A stretch of 64,000 bases of DNA from Sphaerodactylus townsendi (taxonomy: Eukaryota). Positions 1 to 13,144 of this stretch are shown piece by piece. The position numbers were made by a program, and so were the translations under genes. Under the pieces are notes generated by a model. That model had not been told where the DNA came from, made no database searches, and worked only from the letters and a program-made list of their open reading frames with translations. Location: NCBI RefSeq assembly GCF_021028975.2, contig NC_059433.1, positions 28,520,001 to 28,584,000 on the forward strand, in the 5' to 3' direction. Positions within the stretch are counted from its first letter, which is position 1. Each line of letters starts with the position of its first letter.

Positions 1-721
1 AGAGAGTTCCCACCTCTTCCTGTGTTTCCCAAATCACTATACATCTGAAGATCCCGTAACAAGGCTTCTAAATTGAGTTGCCTTGGAAAAATTGCAGCTG
101 GCTCCCTGCTACAAGCCCTGTTGAGACCACGTGATAAACATCACACATAGCCTGGCCCCGAGATGGCAACCATGAATCTGCAATACTGTAGCCAAATTGT
201 GTCAACAGGTTCAAATTATGGGTAAATGCTAAATGCGAGTTCATAAAACATCATTTGGAAGCTTGTTCAGTTGGCTTCAAGTTGGCATTGGAATCTGACT
301 AAACCACGTTGTAAACAAATGTTGCAGTCATTTCAAGTTCTCAGGTATCAACAGCTCAGAAGCCTGGCATTTTCCCACACATTGCCCTGATTTTAACAGG
401 AATGAGTCTACTGATGCCAGCATACAAAACAGATATAACAACCTTTCCAGATAACAATTCTAAAACATTCAAGATATATTATCCATAGTAGGCAGATATT
501 TCCAAAAATCTTGCTCTGATTAAGGATAAGAGTTGGGGGAGGGGCCTGGGGGCGATTTTCCGCCCCCAGGCATGCGCCCAGTGCATGGCGCACCCCCTGT
601 CCCCTTGTAGCTCCGCCACTGTGTGGAAAAGAGGGGAATGAAACCTGGTTCTCCAGATTGAAGTCTACCACTTTTAACCACTACATCATGGTGGAAGAGT
701 CAAGTGTGATGATGCACTCAC

Positions 722-819
722 TTGGGAAAGTTTCAGGGTCTGTGTGTACTTGCCCTGCATTTCACCATCATAATCATCAGGATGACTGATCAAGCTCCAC
801 TCATAACTATAGGATGCTT
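722..819 (-). CDS. KIAA0319: KIAA0319 coding exon 6 (PKD-domain region); gene continues beyond the left end of the window
   Basis: Minus strand: ctcattcag|AAGCATCC...TCCCAA|gtgagt. 98 nt encoding (E)ASYSYEWSLISHPDDYDGEMQGKYTQTLKLSQ, matching the KIAA0319 first PKD repeat; phase fits the previous exon. Confidence 0.93.
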
Positions 820-1003
820 CTGAATGAGAGGAAACAACACAGAAATGGTTATGCTTCCCTGTCCCTGCCATGGTAGGGATCAGGCAGGATATAAATGCAA
901 TAAAATAAAATAAATAATAATTCATACCTAATAAAGATCTAGATCTGGATAAAGATATAGATAACAAATAAATGAGTAGGGGGAGGGCAGTATACAATAA
1001 TAA

Positions 1004-1086
1004 AATGAATGAATGAATGAATGAATGAATGAATGAATGAATGAATGAATGAATGAATGAATGAATGAATGAATGAATGAATGAAT
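1004..1086. repeat. (TGAA)n microsatellite
   Basis: About 20 perfect tetranucleotide units. Confidence 0.95.
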
Positions 1087-2030
1087 AATTGTGTGGAATT
1101 TAAAACAGTATAAAACAGTGCTATTATCATATAATACAAAATTATATCTTAGCCAAAAAACATATATCTAATAAATAAAACCAAATTAAAACCTAAATTA
1201 ATGGTGTGGCCCAGTTTTTCAGGTTTACCCATCTTTTGCAAGAAGAGCAGTAGTATGTACCTTCTGCCACACAGAGCATGCACCTTAGGAGACAGGCGTT
1301 AGAGTCACGCTCATTCACACAATCTTGCAGGATGAAAACAGCAGGATGGAAGCAGCATGAACACGACATCATTCGAGAGTGCCTGGTTTGCCCACTGCCC
1401 TTGTATGTGGTACAGGGAGCAAAGGCATGGGATCCAGACTAAACTTTCCCTTAGTAGAATGGAACTTGCCTGCCCCTTCCCACCCTGGGGGATAGGGGAC
1501 CATGAGAAACCCCATGTGGGGAAAGGGGGATTCATGTGATATTGCCAATTTAGCGTAAATCCAACTCAAGATGTGCCGTTGCTCCACCTGTGAAGGCCAT
1601 GCAAATAACCCAACCAGAATCCAAATCAAGAAATGTTATGGAACTTGCACACATGGCTTACAAAGAATACAGCAGGGCGGGTTCAACGTATGTTGCAGTT
1701 TTAGCAAAACAGCCCACGCTTCCTCCTGCATTGCTGTTGGCTTGGACACAACTGACAGATAGGCCCCAGATGTAATGCCATTGCTTCCTCTTCCCCCCAC
1801 AGCAGCACCAGTGCCTGCAGAGTGTTGGCTTCTTCCTCAGTGTACTGTCCCAAGAATTTGTAAGTGGGCGTGGCTAAAAAACTGGGCCAGAAAAGCAGGG
1901 GGGGGAGTGGGTGGCAACTGCCCTTGTTTCCCTAAACTTCGCTTATTTCTACTGGATTTATCATGAAGAATACTTCCATTAGCAGATTACGTGGATGGCC
2001 AGGCCTTGTACATCAGCTCACACATACTAA

Positions 2031-2314
2031 GGGCCTTTCCCCACTTACCTTAAGCCCCACGCTACTCTCCTCAAGTAGCGCAGGGTCCCCTGGCACTCCC
2101 CACTGCAGGGGCGGCGACAGCGCAGCCGCCCCGACGCTGCCGCTGTCGCGCCCCCTCAGCGCGCGTCATCCCTGGCGCTCTTGTAAACGGCGTCTTTTGC
2201 TGACCCACGCAGAACGCTGGGTCGTGGGGACGCCCGGGTGCACGCCAGAAATGTCGCGCACTGAGAGCAGCGCACGGCATGGGGGGGGGGGTCGTGGTGA
2301 GTGGGGAAAAGCCC
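2031..2314. mobile_element. PIF/Harbinger-type MITE
   Basis: 19-bp TIRs gggcctttccccacttacc / ggtgagtggggaaaagccc (17/19 match). TAA target duplication at 2028-2030 and 2315-2317. CpG-rich interior suggests a young insertion. Confidence 0.85.
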
Positions 2315-3048
2315 TAAGTTATAATGTGAACCCTGGCTAGGGTTTCTAATTTAAAATTTGGATGACTATATATAAGACAACTTTACATGTATTGTCCCCC
2401 ATTATTCCTCCACAATCTTTCCCACCCACCCCCCCATCTTTACTTGCAGGTAAGTGAATAAACCAAGACTATTCATATTTATATTATAAATAATCAAAAC
2501 CTTTGTTTAAAAATCCCTCAAATTTCATGTTAAAAAATAAGCTCTGCCAGCCACCAACTTTTATGAAGATTGCCACACTTTCTGTGAATTTGTGACTATA
2601 AATGTTGTCCTCTAAATCCAGAAACTGCATAACTCTGAATGTTCTAGAAAGAAACAGAGTGACAACAAGAATTGAAATACAAACAGGGGTGTATATCCAA
2701 CCATGGGGTTACTCTGACCCTCTGCAATCCCACTAAAGCCTCTTATGTTGTCCTAAGTGCTTTCTGACACGGAGGAAGAAAACTTTTTTGGGAAGTGGGA
2801 GTCGGTGGATGGAGGAAATGGTGGCAAAGCCCTGTATCATGAGATTCACAGATGGTTGGGTACACCCCAGGGACATCAAGAAAGAATAAGCAACAGCAGA
2901 GTGCAAAATGCTGCCATTCTGGGAAGAGGTCTTATCTATAAAGGGTACTGATGCTGGCAGATGCTTTCTATTTTTTTTCTAATATATTTCCACAATCATG
3001 AGGGCTATAAACTTATATTTTATCATCTCACTTATATGAAGGACTCAC

Positions 3049-3141
3049 CTGGAAATGATGGTGAAACTACAAAGGCATGCAGTTCGACTTCCTTTTTCGG
3101 TGAAGTTACTTGTAGATTATCTCCAGCTGACACCAACAGTT
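3049..3141 (-). CDS. KIAA0319: KIAA0319 coding exon 5 (acceptor uncertain: 3141 or 3147)
   Basis: Encodes (VK)ELLVSAGDNLQVTSPKKEVELHAFVVSPSFP, donor CCAG|gtgagt. The orthologous acceptor position reads ctg instead of cag; the next in-frame AG is 6 nt downstream. Confidence 0.85.
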
Positions 3142-3834
3142 CTTTCACAGCACATAAAATCAGGGGACGAGGAAGTTGTTGGAAAACCAGAGTAAATTTT
3201 TTTATTCATGGTAATGTAGGGGCGTGCGCCTATCAACAGACTGAATAAAAGTCTGCAAGACCCTATGGTTGCTGAAAAGATGCATGAATCACAGTTGAGA
3301 GACTGCTGTTCCTCACCAAAACTTGGCAAACCTTTCCTTTGGCTGTGAACAATGTAAATAAGCAGCATAACCTTTCACCACGCCACATGCATTAAGTTTA
3401 CAATGCTACGCAGACAAGCATTTCTTGCAGGTCCATGTCTTTATTTCAAGCAGACATTTTGCATCCTGAGCTATGGATTCTGTGAATTAATAGTTCCTGT
3501 TTTGGACCCCCCCCCCCCCCGAGAATTCCCACATGTGTGGGGAATTTTCAGCAATTTGCCTCTCTTGCAACAGACCTCCAACATCCTCCTGATGCTGCTC
3601 CTAGGGGGTCCTCTGTTCCCAGGAGTAGCATTTTGGGCTGCAGTGGGAGGCAGGGAAATTGTGCCCTATGGATGAAATCACTTCTGGACACAGAAACCTT
3701 CCAGTGGGTCCAAGTCTGTTGTTTAAATGTAACATCTATTTACTTACATGCATTTTAAGTCAGCAAAATAGTACACAAAGGTTATTTGCCCTGAAAAAAA
3801 TTTACCTTGCCCTCATGTAAAGTATATAACATAC

Positions 3835-4042
3835 TATTGTCGAAGGCTTTCACAGCCGGAATCACTTAGGTGCTGTGTGGTTTCCGGGCTGTATGGCCGT
3901 GTTCTAGCAGCATTCTCTCCTGACGTTTTGCCTGCATCTGTGGCTGGCATCTTCTGAAGATGCCAGGCACAGATGCAGGCAAAACGTCAGGAGAGAATGC
4001 TGCTAGAACACGGCCATACAGCCCGGAAACCACACAGCACCC
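3835..4042. mobile_element. Penelope-like element terminus as a fold-back palindrome
   Basis: 86-bp arms 3869-3954 and 3956-4041 with one mismatch; gtcgaaggctttcacagccgg terminus; decayed hammerhead core CTGAAGA...AAAACGTC. Confidence 0.75.
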
Positions 4043-4457
4043 AAATATATTACATACTTTTTGTGGCCATAAAAATAAACAGATCACCAGTAGCCATTTT
4101 TTTCTTACCATAGATAGTCAGTTGAGCAATTATTTACAAGCCTGATTTGAGCAACGGTTTGAAAATGTAAAGTGTCAATCTTTTTCAGGTCACAAAAAAA
4201 GGCTAATTCATGATCTGTCTCTCAGTCATCCTACTGTATATTCCCCCCACCTTACCTCCAAACTGCTCAGCGTATACATGATTCTTCCCTTCTTGGTTAT
4301 ATCTGACAGTTACAAGGCAATTTATGTTTAGAGAGAGAAAGAGAGAGTCACCCAGCAAGCATCATGGCAGAGCAAGGACTCCAACCCAGGATTACCCAGT
4401 CCTAGTCTTCTGCTCTAACCACTATACATATATTCAGTGACAAAGCATTTACATTAC

Positions 4458-4650
4458 CTGCTTTGGCAGCAGTGGTGGGAATCGGAAGTTGACCTGTGGC
4501 AGAAGGCTCAGAGGTGAGCATACTGGTGGGCAGTGATGAGGTTTCATCCTCTATGTGACCACTGAGGTCTAAAGTTTGCACATATGTTGCAGATGTGGAG
4601 AGAAATCCAAGGATGTCTGAAGAAGGAGGATTATGGGAGGGTGTTAGAAC
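4458..4650 (-). CDS. KIAA0319: KIAA0319 coding exon 4 (Ser/Thr/Pro-rich linker)
   Basis: catcttatag|GTTCTAACA...AAAGCAG|gtaatg. 193 nt, open frame VLTPSHNPPSSDILG...PIPTTAAKA, phase 0 to phase 1, fitting both neighbours. Confidence 0.88.
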
Positions 4651-4884
4651 CTATAAGATGAATTGCAGGAATACATCATTATTGTGAATTTTTTTTCCTG
4701 ACCATTCAGAATCAAAAAGACCCACACACACAAAATTATGTCACAGATAGATATCAGGGAGAGATTGACAACAGTGTAGATTTCCAAGTCCTATACAAAA
4801 CTGAGGTACTTATGATTTTTCCAGTTCTCTTGTAAGAGCGGAACGTTGGGACTTACTGTGAGGGTCCCTTCTGCTCTGAGATTA

Positions 4885-5116
4885 CCCTGTTTCCCCGAAT
4901 ATAAGACCTCCCCAGAAAATAAGACGTAGTAGAGGTTTTGCTGAAGTGCGAAATATAAGGCATCCCCCAAAAGTAAGACATAGCAAAGTTTTTGTTTGGA
5001 AACATGCCTGACGAACAGAATACAGAAATATAAGACATCCCCTGAAAATAAGACATAGCGCATCTTTGGGAGCAAAAATTAATATAAGACACTGTCTTAT
5101 ATTCGGGGAAACACGG
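4885..5116. mobile_element. Tc1/mariner-superfamily (Tc2/pogo-like) MITE
   Basis: 23-bp TIRs cc(c/g)tgtttccccgaatataagac (22/23 match), TA target duplication on both sides, internal ataagac repeats. Confidence 0.85.
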
Positions 5117-5389
5117 TAGGAAGGCAGGGTAAATAAAGAAGTTAGGGTATTTTCCACTGGCTGCTCAAGGAGGGAGTACTAAATATTTCTACTTCCTGTC
5201 CCCCAGGTGGGAACTCATGGCTCAGTTCAAATACTTTTCAAGCTAACAAATAAGATAGGAAGAAAAATGAGAAACATAGAACAATAATGAAAACAGTAAC
5301 CAAAGGAGCAGCTGTTGAGGGGGAAGACGAGTGAAATCTCTATCCCTTTTTTAAGTTTTCAAGCATATAAACATTTGCCATACATCTAA

Positions 5390-7900
5390 GACTTGTCCTC
5401 ATTTTATGAGAGAGTAGAATCTTGCAACATTCATCCCTTCAAATTCACTGTTTGGTTGGGAAGACACCCTCAGAGCACAAGGAACCATCCTGGTAGGTTC
5501 CCAAGGCTCCGTTTGCTTTCTGAGAAGGAGAGCATCTTGAAGCTAGGGACTTCTAACAGTGGTGTCTTCAGGTAGGAATTATGGATCATCCATCACCTGC
5601 TGCAGAACTCAGTGCCTGAAGGCCTTATCAGCTGAAGAAAAGTTGCCACTGTAGGGCCTGACGAATGACTACATGATATGAATGACTACATCAACACCTA
5701 GCTGCACAGTGGTGGGATCCACAAATTTTAATAACAGGTTCCGATGGTGGTGGGATTCAAACAGTGGCGGCGGCGCACACACGCACCTCCAGTCCCTATT
5801 GGGCAGGGAGGTTGCTTTAGTAACCCCTTCTCGGCACACAGAAAAAATTAGTAACCACTTCTAGAGAAGTGGTGAGAACTGGTTGGATCCCACCTCTGGC
5901 CTAGCATATCGCTTCAACTGAGGCTTGATGATCAAATGCACTTTTGGTGGCTGTACTTCTTACAAAAGGAGATGTGATACCTGTAGAAATGGGAATGTTG
6001 CTGGATTTGTAGACCTGAGAAATACACTGCCTAATGTTGAAATTTATGGCTGACCTGGACATTCTCTTTCCTTTGATCGGGGCTGTCAAGGAAATAAATA
6101 AAAAATCAGTTTTTCTGATGGACTCTGTATGCTGGATGTATATCCTAAGAGCCCTTCTCAAATCTAACATGGCACACTTTCTCTTTAGCACGCTTTGGCT
6201 GTGGACAGAAGAACAACAGGAGGATCTCCTGCCTTCTGTGGACCAGACAGTTAACCTCGGGAATAAATGTGAGAGACCTGTCTTGGCTGAAAGGGCTCCT
6301 AACTCTGAACCCTTCAAGCTGAAGTTACTGTTGTTAGAAACAAAGTTTTCATGGTTAGATGTAACCATTCTGGATCTGAGAGACAGACTAGACCTTGCTA
6401 TAGCATGTCCGGGCCCACAGGAATATGCCAAGGCTCTTGCACTGTAAGTTTCACAAGGAAGGGGAAGTAGGGTCTATGAGGCCTTTCTGGGGCCACAAAT
6501 ATAACTAGGGCCCTGTTCCTGGTATACCCTCCTCAGTGCCTTTGAGATATTTGATAGAAGCAGAAATGCATACAGCAGACCTGGTGACCACAGGTCCTTT
6601 TGCTCTACCATGGATGATGCTATCTGGAAAATAATCATGGAAATAGATGATGAAGGGCCATGCTTGAAACATCACATCTGCCCATGAATAGTTGAAAAAT
6701 CTTTTTGACGGACCCCCTGTCCCCATCCATGGTTTGTCTGTTCAACCAGACTGCTGTTGAGGGATCCCTGCATGTTCCCTGCAGAGATCAAGCACAGGTA
6801 CATTTCTGGCCATAATAGAATGCTCTCCCCTTCCCAATGCAAGACGGACAACTTGGATCCCTCCTGTTTGTTGATGTGGGTCTTGGCTGATATGTTGTTG
6901 GTCCTGACAAGGACATGCTGGCCCTGGATTGAAAGTATAAAACAGGCATCCTTACAGCCCTGAGTTCCAGGAAACTGATGCTCAGATTCTTTCCTTCCTT
7001 TGCCCCAATGCCCTGTCCTGGTTGATTTTGTAGAGATGCTTGGATCAGACTGGTGTCCGTGAAAACCTGTACTTTATTCTTCTGAATATATGATTGTCTG
7101 TATTGGAGCTCAGCCCTGCAGGACTATGAATCTGAGATCATACACATTAAAGGCAAGAACGTTGAATTCAGAAATCCTTCCTAATGTGTCTTAAGTGCAA
7201 AGAATATGTACCAGGAACTATATATTCCTTTTGGTGTTGCAATTTTGTTTTTCTTTATTGAAATGTCTCTTGTTTAGTGTATAAAGAGTTACCTCATTGC
7301 TGGTATCCAACACCCCAAACAGTCCAGTTTAGACTAGCAGTTCTACAAAACAATCCCACCCAAACTGAACTTCAAAAGGAGAGATGTGACAGAAATTCTA
7401 ACATTTGATAAGGCTCAAGAGTGCCATCTACAGCGTTTGGGATCTTGGACCACTAGAGATTCCATTTCCATTCCACACTGGACAATCCAGGCAGACTAAA
7501 TCCCTTTTGGACAAAGGATGATCCAGCTTGGACCAGATCATCTATTTGACCTGGAAGTTCAGAGCCATTACCAGATGTTTGATGGAGACGGGACTATATC
7601 GTATATGGAACTGACTGGTAAAAGTAGCATGTGACACCAGAAACTGGCTTTTGAATGGGACTGGAGAATGAATCCAGCTTTCTGTAATCAACAAGGGTCA
7701 AAAAGATACCACAAAGGAGTTCCTAGGCAGAGAACAATCAGGATGAGAAGTCCTCATTTTTCTTCCTCAGCATCCAAGAGTCAAATAATATTGCCTCTGG
7801 ACATTCAGGCTCTACTTGCCCATCAAGGGATGTTTAGAAACCTGTTCTGCCTTCAAAATAGTCATTCTCCAAGCATTTCAATATCCCCAGATTTAGGCTT
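5390..7900 (-). mobile_element. Degenerate DIRS1-like tyrosine-recombinase retrotransposon; boundaries approximate
   Basis: Minus-strand frame around 5901-6170: LDLRRALRIYIQHTESIRKTDFLFIS...NIRQCISQVY...VRSTATKSA...AIC. A decayed C-terminal FVRxY...ADKAFxxxVLQ follows at 5590-5670. Both match DIRS1 YR motifs. Confidence 0.7.
5707..5898. mobile_element. hAT-like MITE nested in the DIRS element
   Basis: TIRs cagtggtgggatcca / tggatcccacctctg (14/15 match); interrupts the YR frame. Confidence 0.75.
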
Positions 7901-8811
7901 AGGATTTTTTTTTCATCTTTTATAATTCAGCAGAAACACGAGGGCTTTTAAAGGCAGCAACCATAAAGCAGACTGCAACCCTGCTCCAAACTGGACTATG
8001 ATATTTGAAAGAAAGCCTTATTTAGCAGACATGTGGACACTGAAGAGCAGCCAGCCACACCTGCAGGACTAAGTACTATTGTTTTCCATCATCTATACAA
8101 ATGTGTATCTTCAAACATAAATGCTGGAAACTTGCTTTGAAAAGTAAATTCAAATTGGTTCACTCAAGGTCAAACTAAATGAGATTTAAAAAGATCCATG
8201 ATTAGAGTTTTCTGTGTGAGAATTAATTAGGAGGCTATTTCAGGGGAGGAGAGGTGGGGGAAAGAGGGTGTTTGACCCTGTCCTCACATACCTATTTTGG
8301 GACTTAAATAGCCTCTCTAAAGCTACAATTAGAGTCCACGGTCAGGAAAGGACAGTTTGAAGTGCTTGTAATTTTTGTTTCATTTGGGCAGTGTTAACTG
8401 CAGTAGGTTATTTAATTATAACATGGAAGGAAAGTGTGGAGTACCACCTTCCCTCAATTGAATTTCCCCAGTCTTCAGAGCAATTGTCCAGGAAGGATGA
8501 TTAGCTTTTAAACACTCATCTACTTTGCAAATATTCTAATCAAAGGATCAATCATATCCAGTGTAGGTTGACCTTCAGAATTTTAACAAGAATACAGAGA
8601 ATGCAGCTAGCGGATCGTAAATTGCCCAGTCTTGCTCGACAACTATAAAGTAATATATTCTTTTCATTCTTAAAAACCTGCAAAGGGGGAAGCAAACTTG
8701 ATCTTCTTTAAACTCTCTCTTCTATTATTACTGTTTGAAACATTTTTATGCCACCAGCTTTCCAGCCAATCAGGGACCACAGGGCAGCGAACATTAAAAT
8801 AGTTTAAAATA

Positions 8812-9138
8812 GAAGAAGAAGAAAAAGAAGAAGAAGAGGAGGAGGAGGAGGAGTTTGGATTTATATCCCCCCTTTCTCTCCTACTGGAGACTCAAAGGGG
8901 CTTACAATCTCCTTGCCCTTCCCCCCTCACAACAAACACCCTGTGAGGTAGGTGGGGCTGAGAGAGCTCTGAGAAGCTGTGACTAGCTCAAGGTCACCCA
9001 GCTGGCGTGTGTGGGAGTGTACAGACTAATCTGAATTCCCCAGATAAGCCTCCACAGCTCAGGTGGCAGAGCGGAGAATCAAACCCGGTTCCTCCAGATT
9101 AGATACACGAGCTCTTAACCTCCTACGCCACTGCTGCT
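8812..9138 (-). mobile_element. tRNA-head squamate SINE (Squam3-like), full length
   Basis: Reverse-strand A/B boxes (gtggcgtaggagg...gggtttgattctcc) and a (GAA/GAG)n tail; homologous to the copy at 37292-37582. Confidence 0.85.
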
Positions 9139-9327
9139 CTCCTATATAGTTAAAATTATATATATTATTTTATATATATTATAATATTATATATATTATA
9201 AATATAAAATTCAGCTAAAAATTAGGAGCAGTGGGTGGAGAAGGAAAAAATCCCATTCCTGCTGGGTGCCTAGCAGAATCCAAGTCCAGTCCCACCCAAC
9301 CCTGGTTTTGCAACACAGAGCACTTAC

Positions 9328-10070
9328 CTTTTCCTGCCAGGAATTATTAGCTTCTTCAGATGGTTGAAAATCTGAATCATTTGAAGCTGTTTTTTCCACT
9401 GGGTGTAATGCTACATCAGGCAACTCTCTGGGATATTCAGTGACAGATTTTACCTCAGCTACAGTTTTATTTGTGGGGCTTTTCAAATCAACTTTCTCCC
9501 CATCACTCCTCACCAGCTCTTCATGTTGGTCTCCTGAAGAGTTGAAGCCATTTTCTGTGGTGACCATGAGATCCCAATCAACATAGTCAATGTTCTCCCT
9601 TTTGGTGTTCGACGAAAAGGGATTCTGTTCCATATCCCCATACTCATCCATGTAATCAGGCACCTCTTCAAGGCTATGCTCTTTGCTTAGGAAAGACAGT
9701 TCCGTTAGGCTACGTACTTCCTCTGATGGGTCATCCTGCAGGGTCATAGAGGGAAGCGCCTTTGAGGGCATCTGCTGAAACCCTAGCAACGAGGTTGGCC
9801 TCTGGGAAACCCTCAGCACAAAGGTCAAATAAGACTTCACCTTCTCCATCTTCTTGGGTTCACAGTTTCCTTTATGTTGACAATTGACAATATAGCAGTG
9901 CTGTTCAAACATCCAGGCCAGATCACAGTCGGAAAGGTCGCAACAGGCTGCCATGCAGTCTGGCATCAACAAAGCGTGGGGGACCCGCATGATTTTAGTC
10001 CTCTCTAAATTGGGAGATATTATTGCATCTGAGTACTTGGCACCTTCCCTGCACTGCTGGCAGAAACACC
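9328..10070 (-). CDS. KIAA0319: KIAA0319 coding exon 3 (MANEC/MANSC domain)
   Basis: gttatttcag|GGTGTTTC...GAAAAG|gtaagt. 743 nt including QCREGAKYSDAIISPNLE...DCMAACCDLSDCDLAWMFEQHCYIVNCQHKGNCEP, the KIAA0319 MANEC cysteine pattern. Confidence 0.96.
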
Positions 10071-10770
10071 CTGAAATAACAGGCGGTAACGTTAGGAAGA
10101 TGAGAATCACACTGCGCAGCACCCCACTCAAAGTCATAATTTTAAGAAAACTGCCTCTGTCAATTAACACATTTGTTCAGTTTAAATATAATTTCGTGAA
10201 TACACACTTTATTTAAATAGAATAGCTGGAATAATTTACTGTTTTGAACTCACTTAGCATGACTAACAAAAGGATTTTCGCGCATATACTGAGAAACAAG
10301 ACCAATGAATTTCAGTAGCATTCAGTAATATTTTTATTTTTATTTATTTATTAAACTTTTATACCGCCCCATCCTCTAGGGGCTCTGTAATACACTTAGT
10401 ATTACAATCTAAGACAAGAAAAAGTGCCTTTATCTTGTGGCAGCTCCATGTGTATATGCTACACTTGCTGAATCAGCAGCTATGTACCAAACATACCTCA
10501 GGGATAACATGTGAAAAGGAAGTTCCAGACTTCTTTCCCATATCCCAGTGGTGGCAAACCTATGGCACAGGTGCCAGAGGTGGCATTCAGAGCCCTCTCT
10601 GTGGGCACGCACAGACAGAGTCCCCCCCCCCCCCATACACACATCTAGGCTGGCCAGGGCCGCTGGGCTTGATAATCTATATATATAAAAAACTAACAGT
10701 GTTTCAGGAGGGTCACAGAAGTGCATCAATTGGCAAACACACACACAAGAGAGGGAGAAAACTGGTGTAC

Positions 10771-10825
10771 CTGAGAAGACAAACTGGAGAAAAATGCACA
10801 GAGTAGAAAAGCCCTTAGGAAACAT
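10771..10825 (-). CDS. KIAA0319: KIAA0319 first coding exon (exon 2; signal peptide)
   Basis: ATG at 10825; MFPKGFSTLCIFLQFVFS(G) is hydrophobic, 55 nt ending TCAG|gtacac. Phase 1 joins exon 3 in frame. Confidence 0.85.
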
Positions 10826-13144
10826 TCCCAGTAGTCCAAAGTTTCAACAACAGAATGGGATTCATAAACTAACTGCTGACAAAATCATAACTCTAGAAAC
10901 ATATGCTGAGTCTTATGAACATCTTTCTCCCAAGAAAGAAAGTCAGAAATGTATCAGAAGTCTACATAGCATTCTGCTTTTCAATTATCTGTACAGAACG
11001 GATATGGTTTCATTCTCTCCAAGGGTTGCTTTCCTGTCATTAAGATCCTCCTCTTCCCTGAAATGCTGCAAGCGTTTTAAAAGCAACTACTTCATGAACA
11101 GCAGAACATCCTTTTAAAAATTCAGATTGAACAAGTGGGTGGGGGGGAATTAGTAGCAGGAAAATACTGAGTGAAATTAAAGTAAGAAGCATTCAGTGAA
11201 AGAATCAACCTAACTTTTACTGTACTGCAAGAAACACGAGATGCTTATAATGATTTCCTCTCCAGTGAGTTAGCTGGCTTATGTCTATCACTGCATTCTG
11301 TAAGCTGTTTAGGATTCTGTTGAAGGTACGGTAAGTATATTAAAAAGTCCACTTCTAAAAACCTTATTTTTAAGGCTTGGTGCAAGGCGAAGACACTTGG
11401 CCCTGCAGACCCATTTTTCCCACCTGGTGTCAGAAGCAAGTTAGTCACCAGTTACAATAAAAAAAAAATACTAGAAGTCTACCTGTCAAAGCACATAAGA
11501 GCAAGCAGAGAAATCCGAATTGAAGGGCCATTCTTCTTTAAGGAGGCAATATCAACTTTGCTTTCTGCCAACTTTCTGGAGACGCTATAACCTTTACTTC
11601 AAGTTCCTTCTAATACTCTGATGTCCAGTTGGCAGCCCCCTAGTATCAGAAAAGAAGAAAACAAAACGGAGATCTGGCATGAGTTGTAATTAGAATGTAA
11701 CAGAGACATTAACAGATTAGGATGAGTATATGACCATCCCCCTTTGCAGTGAATAATTACAACAGGTTGGGAATGGAGGGGGGGAGGTGAACATGAAAAA
11801 CGGCAAAACAACGCATTAGGTTTGTCATTATTCAAAGTCTATTATGCGATGGAAAGTTCCATCATGGTACATCTGACTTATGGTGACTCCACAGGATTTT
11901 CAAGGCAAGAGACATTCAGAGATACTTCACTATTGCCTGCCTCTGGGTAATGACCATGGCCTTTTTGGGGAGTCTCCGATCTACATACTAATCAGGATTG
12001 GCCGAGATATGACTAGCTTGGGCCAACTCGCCTTAGGAAAATCCTATGCAAAGTTATCTTTACAAGCAATCACCAGCAGCAGCATACAAAAAAAATAATG
12101 AAAACAGAGTTCTAAGTTATGTACCTGTCATAAGAACTTTTGCAGGAAAAAAGTGAATAGAATATTTTCTCTTTGCACAAAAGTTACCTTATTTGTGATC
12201 ATTTATATTCAAACCTGGCCAGAGATAACTCAAACTGGGGCCTTATCATCTACAAAATAAAACACTTTACTGTGCAGCAACTACCAGAACTACCCATAAC
12301 AGAGTCACATCTCCCCATTTTGCTATGTTCCCCTCCTTCAATCTACTGCCATTAGGAATAAAACCGTACGGGGGTAAACTCAAGAAACTGTTTCAATTAA
12401 CATATATCAATCTACGTTCAACTCCCGGAGTTGCTCAACAAGCAAATTTGTATATTCCCTTGGGATCTATTTTGAATAAATAGTATCCTTCAAATTAACA
12501 GTTCTCTGCACATCCCCAACTTCCCATACCATAAGGCTGACAAATCCAGGGCGTAGATTAACATCTTTGAACAGATGTGGCTGGTTATATTCAAGGTTCT
12601 TTACATATTCAGTGACAAAGCTTTTCCTGGATGTCCCCTTGAGATGGAGAATTAGGTGGTTGACTGCCCCTCTATAACCTTGCACTCCTAATCCTTCCTG
12701 AACATAAAAAAATTAACCTATCAGGAAAAGGGGTAGCTAGCTAAAATTACTATGTTTCTACAAACAGGAAAATCTTCTTTTTAAAATGTAGATGCATTCA
12801 AATATACAACACCCTTGCCGGCAAGTAGAAATGGTGTAGAATAGATACAGCTCAGCCATTTGATTCTCCTGAATATCTGAACAGACACAAACCTCTACAA
12901 TGAATTATGGAAGATACATTAGAAGTATAAAAACAGAGAAGCCAGTGTAAATTTGAAATAATGGCATATGGTATCATCACAAAAGCCAGTATTGCATAGT
13001 GAGTGGTTACACAGACTGCTGAGATCTAGGTCTAAGTTGCTGCCGCCTCTGTGTTGGGAAATACCTGGAAATATGGGGGAGGGGGGAATATGGGGAGGGG
13101 AGGGACATTAGCAGTTATAGTGCTATCAAGTTCACCTTCCCAAG

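Noticed and set aside
11245-11448. Candidate KIAA0319 start exon (ATGGGTCTGCAG...)
   Set aside because: Reaches a stop after 14 codons; 10771-10825 gives the correct signal peptide and phase.
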